Origin: Octopus vulgaris
Lineage: Eukaryota
Reading direction: 5' to 3'
DNA length: 64,000 bases
Assembly: GCA_951406725.2 (NCBI GenBank)
Contig: OX597830.1
Span: 2,790,001-2,854,000 of the forward strand
The position numbers were made by a program, and so were the translations under genes. The notes beneath the pieces were generated by a model, which did not search any database, was not told where the DNA came from, and saw nothing but the letters and a program-made list of their open reading frames with translations. This document shows, in pieces, positions 14,000 through 25,553 of the stretch. How positions within the stretch are numbered: the stretch's first letter is position 1; each line of letters begins with the position of its first letter.

Positions 14000-14838
14000 C
14001 TCCTATCCTTTTACTTGTTTCAGTCACTTGACTGTGGCCATGCTGGAGCACTACCTTGAAGGATTTTAGTGGAACAAATCCACCCCAGTACTTATTTTTA
14101 AAACTTAGTAATTATTCTGTCAGTCTCTTTAGCCAAACTGCTAAGTTATGGGAATGTAAAGATACCATCACCGGTTGTTAAGCAGTAATGGGTGGGGACA
14201 AACACAGAAACAAAGACACAAACATAAATATAAAGACACACAGATAGAAAACACATGCACACACAGATATATATATATATGAGTAATTTTAGAGACAGAA
14301 CCACCTTCAACTCAATCAAGACTAAATGATTATACACCGACCACTCCCAAAGATGTTAAAAATGAAATCTTATGCCAACTATTTCTATTCTGAATCCTGT
14401 ATTTTCCGTTTAAAAGACTACACGTGTTTCATGAAAGTATCTAATCGGTATTGATTAGATACGAGGTGTCTAGGTTCAATACTTCCTTGGGTCGACATAC
14501 TCCCTCAAATATATGAATTAAACATTGAGAGAGGTTCATTTTACTACAACTAATTTGAATGTCTTTTTCCTGTGTACTCAGAAGTAATATTCCCTAATAA
14601 TTATAATTATGATATATATATATATATATACACAGATGGGCTGTGTTTGTATATATATATACACAGCCCATATATATATAGGCTTCTTTTAGTTTCCGTC
14701 TACCAAATCCACTCACAAGGTACTGGACAGTCTGAAGCTATAGTAGAAGACACTTGCCTGGGCTACTATGCAGTAGGACTGACCCTAGAAACATGTAGTT
14801 GGGAAGCAGGCTTCTTACCATACAGCCATGCCAGCACC
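14000..14838 (-). mobile_element. SINE family A, split by an insert at ~14281-14612
   Basis: 3' half at 14000-14280 and head at 14680-14838 match 43980-44437 in reverse. Confidence 0.85.
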
Positions 14839-14860
14839 AATATACATACATATATATATG

Positions 14861-14921
<61 letters not shown>

Positions 14922-15209
14922 TCAGGGTGAATACTTGATAGTTGTAAGCACCTGTATATACCATTTAGTAGTATAGGTGATAGAGTATATTAATCAAAAT
15001 AATCATGTTTATATATATATATATATACACCTATATATATATATATATATATATCATCAAAATAAGCAACAAGGATATCCTTGTTGCTTATTTTTATTAT
15101 AATCACCCCATTTGATTTATATGGATAATACCATACCAAATTCTGGTGCTTTTAACTTCTGTACTATATTCATCTGAATCTAAATTTTGCTGAACTTATA
15201 TATATATAC

Positions 15210-15400
15210 TCAATGCAAATATGAACAAGCAAGAAAAAACAATAACGCGAGAACGTGGAATAAGTACAGTGTTATTAGACGCTCAGGAAAGAAAAGAAAG
15301 AGGATTTCATGTTTCAAGCGGAGCTCTTCATCAGAAATATAGAAAAAGTCCAAAGAAGTGAAGACGGAGAAAGAAAATCTCCAATGATACACATGCAGTC
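15210..15400 (-). mobile_element. Penelope-like remnant with hammerhead (15304-15338) in (TA)n
   Basis: Minus strand attt-CTGATGA-a-gagc-tcc-gctt-GAAA-catg-aaat. Confidence 0.65.
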
Positions 15401-15477
15401 ATATATATATATACATATATATAAGATACAAATAAGAAAATGGAGAAACAATTTAGTTGGTTCATCATCTTTCAGAT

Positions 15478-15792
<315 letters not shown>

Positions 15793-16114
15793 CGTTTAAA
15801 TATTTGTTGTGCAAGATTTTTTATATGAAGTCGTGTGTTGAAACAGATATTGTTATATTTCGGAATGGTCATATTGCCAGTTTAGCCAATAAATACAAAA
15901 TGGCTGACGGTTAGTAAGGAGAGACACAAGTAAGTGAGAAGAAAACAAAGGACCACTGATGCGGTCACAGGAGTGTGACGAAAGAACTTTGGCCGAAATA
16001 AGATTAAGATTAATGTAAAAAATAAATATCACTGAAGCAAAATAACACCAAATATATAGTGCGTGTGTTTTTATTGGCTAAACTGGCAAAATGACCATTC
16101 CGAAATATAACAAT
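15793..16114. mobile_element. Fold-back Penelope-like insert with hammerhead (15951-15994, +)
   Basis: ~46-bp inverted repeat 15848-15893/16069-16114; gacca-CTGATGC-g-gtcaca-ggag-tgtgac-GAAA-gaactt-tggcc; (TA)n on both sides. Confidence 0.7.
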
Positions 16115-16371
16115 ATATATATATACATATATATATATACATATACATATATATATATACATATACATATATATATATACATATATATATATATACATAC
16201 ATACATATATACATACATATATACAAACATACACACACACACATATATATATATATACACACAGGTTTGGTAATACTAACAATACATAAAACTCTTGACC
16301 CTTGAGTCACTTTGTGACTTCTGCTGATTAAATAATATATTTACACACACACACATTCTCTCTCCCCCTCC

Positions 16372-16403
<32 letters not shown>

Positions 16404-17305
16404 AATATACAGAGTATTTCTATATTTACATTGACGTAAGAAAGGCTGGAAAGCAAGGTTCTCTTGACAGCCGAAAATGCAATTGGTTTTTAAAACTAAA
16501 TAGCCAAGTCTATTGATAGGTTCGTGAAGGTCAGCTAAAATAATTAAATGTGTCGATGCATAGCATTACTAACAGAAGTGTCATGGCAATTTTGTAATAT
16601 TTCTGTCAGCTCCTGGGTTAATATGGAGATATTTTAAGACACACCAAATGAATACAGAAGTCAATTGAGTTAGCGCTTCAGTTTTTGCACAGCTTCTTAC
16701 TGATAAAACTAAAAAAAAATATTTAGACAAAGAAAGAAAGGCAGAAACTCAAACGGATATATATATATATATACATGCTGAATATTTGTCAGCCTGCATA
16801 TATGTAGATGGCTAGGCATGTGATTGTGTTCATCTGTGTGTGTGTGTACGTAAATAAGTAGAAGTTTTTGGGTTTCTTTTTCAGCAAGAAAAAGATGAAA
16901 TTTGAGGCAAATGGAAGCTAAATAGAAAACTGTCCATAGTAAATAAATAATATACATATTCACATACAAACTGGTATACGTGTGTGTCCATGTGTACGTG
17001 TGTATATACACATACACTCACACACATGTATATTTCATTAATATTTGGCAGAAGTAACCAAGTGACTCAAGGCCTGAGAGTTTCGTGCATTAACATTTAG
17101 TTAACTAGTTACAAATCCAGGGAGTATAAAATATAGCATTAATAAAAAAATGTATATATTTACTTGTGTTTTGACTTCTGTTCTTCTGTTAGCATCACCA
17201 AACTTGTGTGTGTGTGTGTGTACAGGTAAATACATATATACATACATGATTGACCGCTAGCTCCATAAGATTTTTTATTCTCTCTCTCTTTATTTCTTCG
17301 TGTTC

Positions 17306-17341
17306 CTTTCTGTCGAAGAGCGTAGGCTCGAAACGTAAAAG
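17306..17341 (+). ncRNA. Minimal type-I hammerhead motif (variant core) within element 17250-17432
   Basis: cttt-CTGTCGA-a-gagc-gtag-gctc-GAAA-c-GTA-aaag; stems I and II pair; ACGT palindromic stem III. Confidence 0.7.
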
Positions 17342-18239
17342 ATTTTCTCACCTTCCCGAGCATTAAACTAATACAGCTGTTTGTTGTCTATACACCTGTC
17401 TTCGTCTTTTGCTTTTCTGTAAATTTCAACTATATGTACATACATACATACACACACACACACAAACGGAGTGAGAAAGGGAAGAGACGAGCAATAAGGT
17501 TATGGATGCTAACAGCACGAGAATAAGAAGATGAAAGGGTATCATAGAAACTAAAAATGTAGCTTTGAGTTACTGTATATACACACACACACATACGCAC
17601 GCACACATACTATAGAAAGAAAGTTATTGAAATAATTTGGACCAAAATGTCATTTCATTCTTCATAGAATCTTTGAACAGTAGTGAACAAGAAGCAGACA
17701 GAGAACAGAAAATTGTAGAAAATTCAAAATTTACCAGTCAGAATTTGCCATCGATGGTAATTGTGAGTCAAAGTAACTTTATTTGTTCATTCGTATTTAT
17801 TTATCTTTATTTATTTGTCTACGTTGTCTGCTGATAATTTTATGAAATTGGTATTTCTTTTAAGAATGGTTCCTTTTCAAGAGAATTTTTATACAAAATA
17901 GTTCGCCAATATTCACTGTTAATTTATTTTTTGGTTGGGGGAATAGTACCAGCTTCACATCAGCAAAATTTTGAATTTCAAATTTTAAATTTTATCGTGA
18001 ATAATTTTGTCTTCCAACTTTCTTCGGCATGGAATGCTGAGGGTAGATTTGGCCAAGAATTTAAGCATGTTTTGGTTTGTGTTATTTAAATATTTTGTGT
18101 TGAAAAAAAAATATTAAACTTTATTTTGCCTTGCAAATATCTGTTGCTTTATGACACATCAAACATATATATTATGCATCACACACACACGCGTATATAT
18201 ATATATATATGTGTGTGTGTGTATACATACACACATAGA

Positions 18240-20044
18240 CTAGCATTATGACCCGTCGTTGCCGGGTCATAGGGCTAGTGCATGTATATATGTGTATATA
18301 TATGTGTGGACGCACACAGTTGTCGAGTGGTACCCGCGTGAGTGGAAAAGACCACCCGGAAGAGCTCTACGACGGTGGAGTGACGATTTCAGGAGGACGA
18401 TTGGGATCACGTGGATGAGAAAGGCACGATCCAGAGAGGTGTGGACAGCGTGCTGTGACCAGCGGTGTCAAATGGACGCCTGACGGACTGGTCGGTCAAA
18501 GTGATCAAAGTGATATATGTGTACATATTGCATGTACACCTATATATATACATCTACACATAAAATACAAAATACAAAGTTATATTCTGATATCGCTAGT
18601 GATAACAATACTCAAAATATATAACAGACTGGAATTGTAGGCCCGTCTCTTGCAATTTCGATCAATTGTATCTTGTCCTCCCTCTTGTATAGAAGTGTGG
18701 CTACAATCCAGCCTACCTCTACTTCTGGGGGGGGGGGGGCATTTTAAATTTTTATCCGGGACATCCTATGTCCCAGATATAAAGGTAAAAATAAAATATT
18801 TCCACTTTGCAAGGTTCGAGTTGAGTACTCCCTTGCATGCTCCGTTGACTCGAACCTTACTTCTATTGTGGCGAATTTACCGCCTCTGGTTAGATATCTT
18901 TCATAGTCGCACCAAGACACTTTTCGATGGTGCTTTCCTCCAGGTGCTCAAATCTTTTTTTTCTCTACATTGTATACTTTATAGACAATAGTATTTTCTC
19001 TAATTTAATTCTTTATTTCGTTCGATGGTGTTGTCCTAGATTCCCCGTCTTTGTCGGTGATCAATCCGAAATAGGTTTGTATTTCTTCCATTTAAATTTT
19101 AATGAGTTCGCGCCCGCTGATGGCTGCAGCGAAATTCATATTTGGACTTTCTTCTATCAAAGACATTTTAACAAAAATGCTTCCGTATAAACGGTGAAAA
19201 TATTGTCAATTTCCCCAGACAGGGACACAATTCAATTTTTAAACAATAACCAAAGCTACTTCTCCCAAAGGGGGAGGATTACGGTTTACAATTATTTAAC
19301 AAGTGCAACACAACAACTTTTCCCTTACGAGGAACCAACAAACGTGATAACAATAGTTAAACAGTGATAATAATAACAACAAACCTTACAGTGAATCAAA
19401 AAGCAGTATGCAGTTGAAGCTATAGTCCTTTATGTATAAGAAATAAACCATAGGTACTCAGTAGAAGTGGCTGTTCAAGAAAACAGACATTACATACAGT
19501 CAAACTTCATATAGATATTTAATGCTAGCTAATTAGCAGATAATCTCATGTAAAAGCCGTGGTAAAGTGTATGTGCACAGCTCCATCTGGACTATTCCAT
19601 TTCTGCACACTCATTTTATTTTTAATTGATTCTCATTCATGTGAAGCCACTTGTTCAAGTCATTGATGCAATTTTATACCAATTGCTATTTTTACTTTTG
19701 TTATGTTACGATTATATTATACTTTAGTTTGATTTTAATTATTACTTACTACATATAATTTAACTGTTATTATTATCTCTAATTTTTATTGTTAAAGTGA
19801 AAGTATCTGACATAAAATAGAGAAATGTTTTTGTTTCACTTTTAACACGTAATACTGAAATAGTGGAAAAGATATGATATTACTATGGCCTCGCCCTAGG
19901 CAAGAAGTTGAACACTTTTTTTGCCCATGAAAGTACATGGACCCTAAGTAAGGCATTTGTAAAATTTGAATGAAATTGGTTGTGCAGTTCTTAAGTTTTA
20001 GGGAAGCACACAGACAGACATTCTCACTTTTATATAGAGAGAGA
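18240..20044 (-). mobile_element. Non-autonomous Helitron-like element
   Basis: Minus strand starts A|TCtctctatataaaag...gtctgtctg and ends with hairpin gacccg-gcaacga-cgggtc then CTAG|T; that both ends belong to one element is inferred. Confidence 0.6.
18305..18514 (+). mobile_element. RTE-clade LINE 3' end
   Basis: EWYPREWKRPPGRALRRWSDD...W..AR.RE.W C-terminus and (caaagtgat)2 tail. Confidence 0.85.
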
Positions 20045-20106
20045 TATCTATACAGATATGTGTAAGTATATATATATATACACACACACACACACATACA
20101 CACACT

Positions 20107-20154
<48 letters not shown>

Positions 20155-20167
20155 GATATGTATATAA

Positions 20168-20204
<37 letters not shown>

Positions 20205-20212
<8 letters not shown>

Positions 20213-21373
20213 CAACAATTGAGGGTAAAATTAATTAATTATTAATCAATTTCACCAAGTATTCAGTATGTAAAGGGACCATTTTAGGCGAATTCAAAAT
20301 ATTACATTATATATAAGGGCTTAGTAAAATAAATTACTTTGCCACATACTGAACTCATTAGAAATAGCAGCTAAAGAAATTTCTTTAGCTATTTCTAATA
20401 CTTAAAGAAGATCTCTCTCATATAGTGTTTGCTCAAACCAACTCACAAAGGTATGGGGGAAAAAACATTAAAAAATCAAGTGCAAAGGTTATTTGAGAAC
20501 GTACGTTTCTAGATTAGTCAAATCGACATTTCTTTTGTCAGCTCAGAACTCCTTGATTCGGATTTGGGAACACTGAAAGTGGGAGCATACCCTTTTGGCT
20601 TCTTATCACCTCTAGAATCCCGCTCGAACTAAAAGTGCTATCAAATTCAAAATATGCAAGCGAAGAATTTCTGCTCTCCCCTTTCCACCAGCGTGGGTTA
20701 AAATTGACAAACACTATGTTTTATCGGTGAAAACCGAAGCATTAAACAGAGAGAAATGAATTATAATTTCAACAATTGAGGGTAAAATTAATTAATTATT
20801 AATCAATTTCACCAAGTATTCAATATGTAAAGGGACCATTTTAGGCGAATTCAAAATATTACATTATATATAAGGGCTTAGTAAAATAAATTACTTTGCT
20901 ACATACTGAACTCATTAGAAATAGCAGCTAAAGAAATTTCTTTAGCTATTTCTAATACTTCACCGATAAAACATAGTGTTTGTCAATTTTAACCCACGCT
21001 GGTGGAAAGGGGAGAGCAGAAATTCTTCGCTTGCATATTTTGAATTTGATAGCACTTTTAGTTTGAGCGGGATTCTAGAGGTGATAAGAAGCCAAAAGGG
21101 TATGCTCCCACTTTCAGTGTTCCCAAATCCGAATCAAGGAGTTCTGAGCTGACGAAAGAAATGTCGATTTGACTAATCTAGAAACGTACGTTCTCAAATA
21201 ACCTTTGCACTTGAGTTTTTAATGTTTTTCCCCCATACCTTTGTGAGTTGGTTTGAGCAAACACTATCTGAGAGAGATCTTCTTTAAGTATTAGAAATAG
21301 CTAAAGAAATTTCTTTAGCTGCTATTTCTAATGAGTTCAGTATGTGGCAAAGTAATTTATTTTACTAAGCCCT

Positions 21374-21382
<9 letters not shown>
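20205..21382. mobile_element. Non-coding Penelope-like element: partial tandem plus inverted copy
   Basis: Direct repeat 20205-20403/20762-20960; inverted arms ~20306-20731/20959-21382; hammerheads on both strands; embedded in (TA)n. Confidence 0.85.
21145..21196 (+). ncRNA. Type-I hammerhead motif (mirror copy 20494-20545, -)
   Basis: tgag-CTGACGA-[imperfect stem II aga..gtc/gac..tct]-GAAA-cgtac-GTT-ctca; palindromic ACGTACGT stem III. Confidence 0.75.
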
Positions 21383-21407
<25 letters not shown>

Positions 21408-21423
21408 GAAGATATGTATATAA

Positions 21424-21474
<51 letters not shown>

Positions 21475-21487
21475 GATATGTATATAA

Positions 21488-21522
<35 letters not shown>

Positions 21523-21707
21523 GATATGTATATAAAGATATATATATATATATATATATGAAGATATGTATATAAAGATATATATATGTATATATATATA
21601 TATATATATATACATATATATAAAAAAATATAAATATAAAAGATCTTGCACAACAATTATATAAACGTATATGTATATATATATATATATGTACTGACCC
21701 GGAGATG

Positions 21708-21996
21708 TATAATATATTTGTTTTAATCTTTTCTGCCCATTTTTTCAAATATTCTCATCATACTGTTGTACTTTCTTACGTCCTTAACATGTCCTTGTTA
21801 CCAAAGACTGTATATATACATGTAATGTGGCAATTTGCAATAACCAATAATTAACGCAACCAAACTTCCAATAATATATTTGTTTTATTCTTTTCTGCCC
21901 ATTTTTTCAAATATTCTCATCACACTGTTGTACTTCTTTATGTCCTTAACATGTCCCTGTTACCAAAGACTGTATACATACATGTAATGTGGCAAT
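21708..21996. repeat. ~127-bp direct duplication within a (TA)n-flanked insert (~21690-22160)
   Basis: 21708-21836 nearly identical to 21870-21996. Confidence 0.9.
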
Positions 21997-22158
21997 TATG
22001 TAAAAAACTTTTTTGAATTCATAATATTCTATGTTACTTTTCACAATCTTTTTCCAAAGAGTGAAACCAGTTAAGTAAATAAACATCTTTTAAATTGCAT
22101 TTTCAAACCTTCTTTCGTATATAATTCCACTCGTGCGATACCCCACAACTCAACTTTG

Positions 22159-22222
<64 letters not shown>

Positions 22223-22231
22223 ATATATATA

Positions 22232-22280
<49 letters not shown>

Positions 22281-22297
22281 GTATGTATATATATATA

Positions 22298-22416
22298 TCA
22301 CCGTGATCACCGTGACCGACCAGGCTATCAGATGTTGCTACACATCGTTGGTCACAATGCGCTTCGCATTGTTTTAGCATTCAAATGATGCCACCCCGCT
22401 TGCTAAGCGAGCAGGG
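22298..22416 (-). mobile_element. SINE family B 3' fragment
   Basis: Reverse complement of ~3266-3384. Confidence 0.85.
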
Positions 22417-22423
22417 CATATGC

Positions 22424-22510
<87 letters not shown>

Positions 22511-22521
<11 letters not shown>

Positions 22522-23128
22522 AAAAAAGAAGTTTGAAAACGCCACTATATTAGATAAATTTTAATTTTCTTATTAATTTTACATGTTTCGGTTCTTGAAA
22601 AAACGAACCTTATCAAAAATATTATAAAAAGTGAAAATTGAAAAGTTCATAATCGTTTCTTACTGTTCTCAATAGAATCCATGTGGTGGTGTTTTGTTGG
22701 TAGTTGGTATAAAAGCGGTTCCTTTTAATACCAGCAAGAAACAATAATGGACTTCTTCAATACAATCAACAGGAATATAGCGATTATACCAACTACCGAC
22801 AAAACACCACCACATGGATTCTATTGAGAACAGTAAGAAACGATTATGAACTTTTCAATTTTCACTGTTTATAATATTTTTGATCAGGTTCGTTTTTTCA
22901 AGAACATGGATTCTATTGAGACCAGTTAGAAACGATTATGAACGTCTCCATTACACTTTTCTTCTCCATTACACTTTTTATAATATTTTTGATAAGGTTC
23001 GTTTTTTCAAGAACCGAAACATGTAAAATTCATAAGAAAATTAAAATTTATCTAATATAGTGGCGGTTTCAAACTTCTTTTTTACAAATATATACCCACT
23101 CGTATACTATCTACTCTTATTATAAATA
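22511..23128. mobile_element. Fold-back Penelope-like element
   Basis: Arms 22511-22712 and 22784-23094 (the right arm has an internal ~90-bp duplication); unpaired ~33-bp tail; (TA)n flanks. Confidence 0.85.
22985..23029 (+). ncRNA. Type-I hammerhead motif with U3:A8 core (mirror copy 22576-22620, -)
   Basis: attt-TTGATAA-ggttc-gttttttcaa-gaacc-GAAA-cat-GTA-aaat; ACATGT palindromic stem III. Confidence 0.75.
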
Positions 23129-23342
23129 TATATATATATATACATAGACATCATTAATATATGTACATATAAATATATGCATATTAAATCACATATGTAT
23201 TTTAGATACGACTGCTATCAACATACTCTGGTTAAGCTTAAGAGCAAAACGTCAATTATCTAATGAGAAACCAAGTTATATCACCTGAAGAGATTCCCCT
23301 GCACTGGTGTGGTTTATTAGAATTCATTGTGTTGTTTCTCAC

Positions 23343-23584
23343 CTGCAAGAGTGTTAGGATGTGTGGAAACAACTGTTGTGATATATAGAGTTTCCAGTAT
23401 ATTCTCTCTTCCATACTAATTGTTTCTACTACACTCAACATGCACTGTGGAATTCCTAACATAGATCCAGCAATGACTGTGCAATTACTGTGGATGACAC
23501 CAGGGAGCCAAATGCAGTGAATGTGCTTTGCCAGCAGACTACTAGGGACATACCGAAAATGCAATTTGAACGTTAAATTTAAAC
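23343..23584 (-). CDS. Candidate 242-nt host coding exon, product unknown
   Basis: gtttag| acceptor and cag|gtgaga donor; only one frame open over 80 codons (LNLTFKLHFRYVPSS...QQLFPHILTLLQ); no transposon motif recognised. Confidence 0.45.
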
Positions 23585-23619
23585 CTAAACATTAATTATA
23601 GCAATACACATACACACAA

Positions 23620-23655
<36 letters not shown>

Positions 23656-25539
23656 GCCCACACATACATATATTCATGCATGCATACACACACACACATA
23701 TACATGCATACATACATGCAAACATGTTACTGCTTCCCACTGACACACTGCTCATTGCTATTACTGTTAAGCATACTCACATATGATACCTGTATCAATC
23801 AGTCAGTCAATAGATTGCAATATATTTATATCCAAACTCAGACAGAGAAATTCTATTATTTTCAAGGCCATTATATTTCTCCATTCTCTAATATTAATTT
23901 CTTCACCAAATTTCACATGAAACAAAATAATAATACTTTGATTAGAATTCTTCCCAATAAGCAATATACATTATACTGACTATACATTATGCAAACAAGT
24001 TATTTCCATACCTTCAAGGGACCCTGAATGATACAGTTTTTCTCCATATTAAAATTCAATTCTTTAATAAACTGCACTTGATGTTCTTTTATAAATATAT
24101 ATCTTTGTATATATAAATATATATACCTTTCTACATGTAAATATATATCTTTGTCACTTCCCACATCTGGGGAAAATCACAAAGGTATAGCTGCTTTTAA
24201 TGAAGGTTTGACATTGTATACGTTGTTCAACATTTCACGATAAACTAATTACTGTATTTTACTTTCAGTTTCAGTTTCATTAATGAATTTTTAGTGTTAG
24301 TTCAGAAAACTTCTGATATCTGAAACACTGACCCATCTCTCCTGACGAAATGTATTTTTATAAAAGAATAAAAATGTCAATGTGATTCTGTTGGAAGAGA
24401 TACATGGAAAGAAATGGTTAAGTAATAAAAATCTGTGCAGTTGTAGGGTTCCATAAAAGAAAAAATATGATGTGGATCATCTGCCATGTAGAAAACAGAA
24501 GTGTTGGGAAAATATTTTGTAGCATGTGTCAAAGAGATCAGTCAATATTGTTGTAATATAATCAGCCTTAAAATGGCAACGTGACCATGCTAAACTATAA
24601 TTTCTTATGGATTATAAGAATAAAATCATATTTAATCCAATAACTACTAACTCCATTTGGGATTAGATATTTTGCCTAAGAACCTGTATAATCCACGTAA
24701 GGAACATCAAAATAAAACAAAGAATAAACAGCATGAAAACAAACCACCAAACATTAAAAACAAGCAGACAACTATTCAATGAAATCTGGTTTATATATTG
24801 ATATTTATATAAGTTCAATAGGAAAAACTGAAATTTTTTCTTGTGGTGAATTGTAGTGAAAAATATAAAAAGAAGTGATATGTACAGAAATTTTATGCTG
24901 GACAACATATTCATATTCATATATTTGTATGAAATGAAATATTTACAGAGGCATGCTGCTTATGGGGGAAAGGGATCACTTTGAATTTTAATTGTACTAT
25001 GTTGAGAAATCAAAGAGTGACAAGAGCCAACGTATATTTCCACATAATTCTTTTATTTTTTCTTGAGATAAAATCCATAGAGTCACTTGTAACCATGGAT
25101 AGCACTATTTCATCCTCTTTACAGACGTTTTTGACCGACATAACTCAAAATTTTAAAATTTCATCTAAAATCTATTCCTTTCATTTCACCATTCTTCTGA
25201 CATTGGAGGAAATGAAGGGAACAGAGATAGAGACAGGACAGAGGGTGATTTATATATTTATATCACTTAGCAAATCCAACCTACACTGGATGTGTTGTTT
25301 TCAATGCCATAGTCTGTGGTGAATGTTTCTAAAATATCTTTTTTGTAGACAAGAAATCCTGAAAGGTGCCAACGCTTCGTCAAATGACTAATTTATACTC
25401 AACCCACCAGTTCTTCACAACATCCCTGTTTGGCCAATGTTGTTCGCAATCAGTTTGACTGATTTTCAGCCTGGTACATTTGGTGCTTGGGTTCCTGCTG
25501 CTGATCATTCACAATATGCTGAAATCACGTGGCACAGTG

Positions 25540-25553
25540 GTGCCATCTGCTGG
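25540..25553 (-). promoter_or_regulatory. CTCF-consensus-like site
   Basis: Minus strand CCAGCAGATGGCAC fits CCASYAGRKGGCRS; sequence match only. Confidence 0.25.

Noticed and set aside
21400-21600. Repeat-spacer pattern resembling a CRISPR array
   Set aside because: Spacers are pure (TA)n, the context is eukaryotic and there are no cas genes.
24663-24920. Hydrophobic signal-peptide-like ORF
   Set aside because: Explained by T-rich composition; weak donor and phase incompatible with the 23343-23584 candidate.
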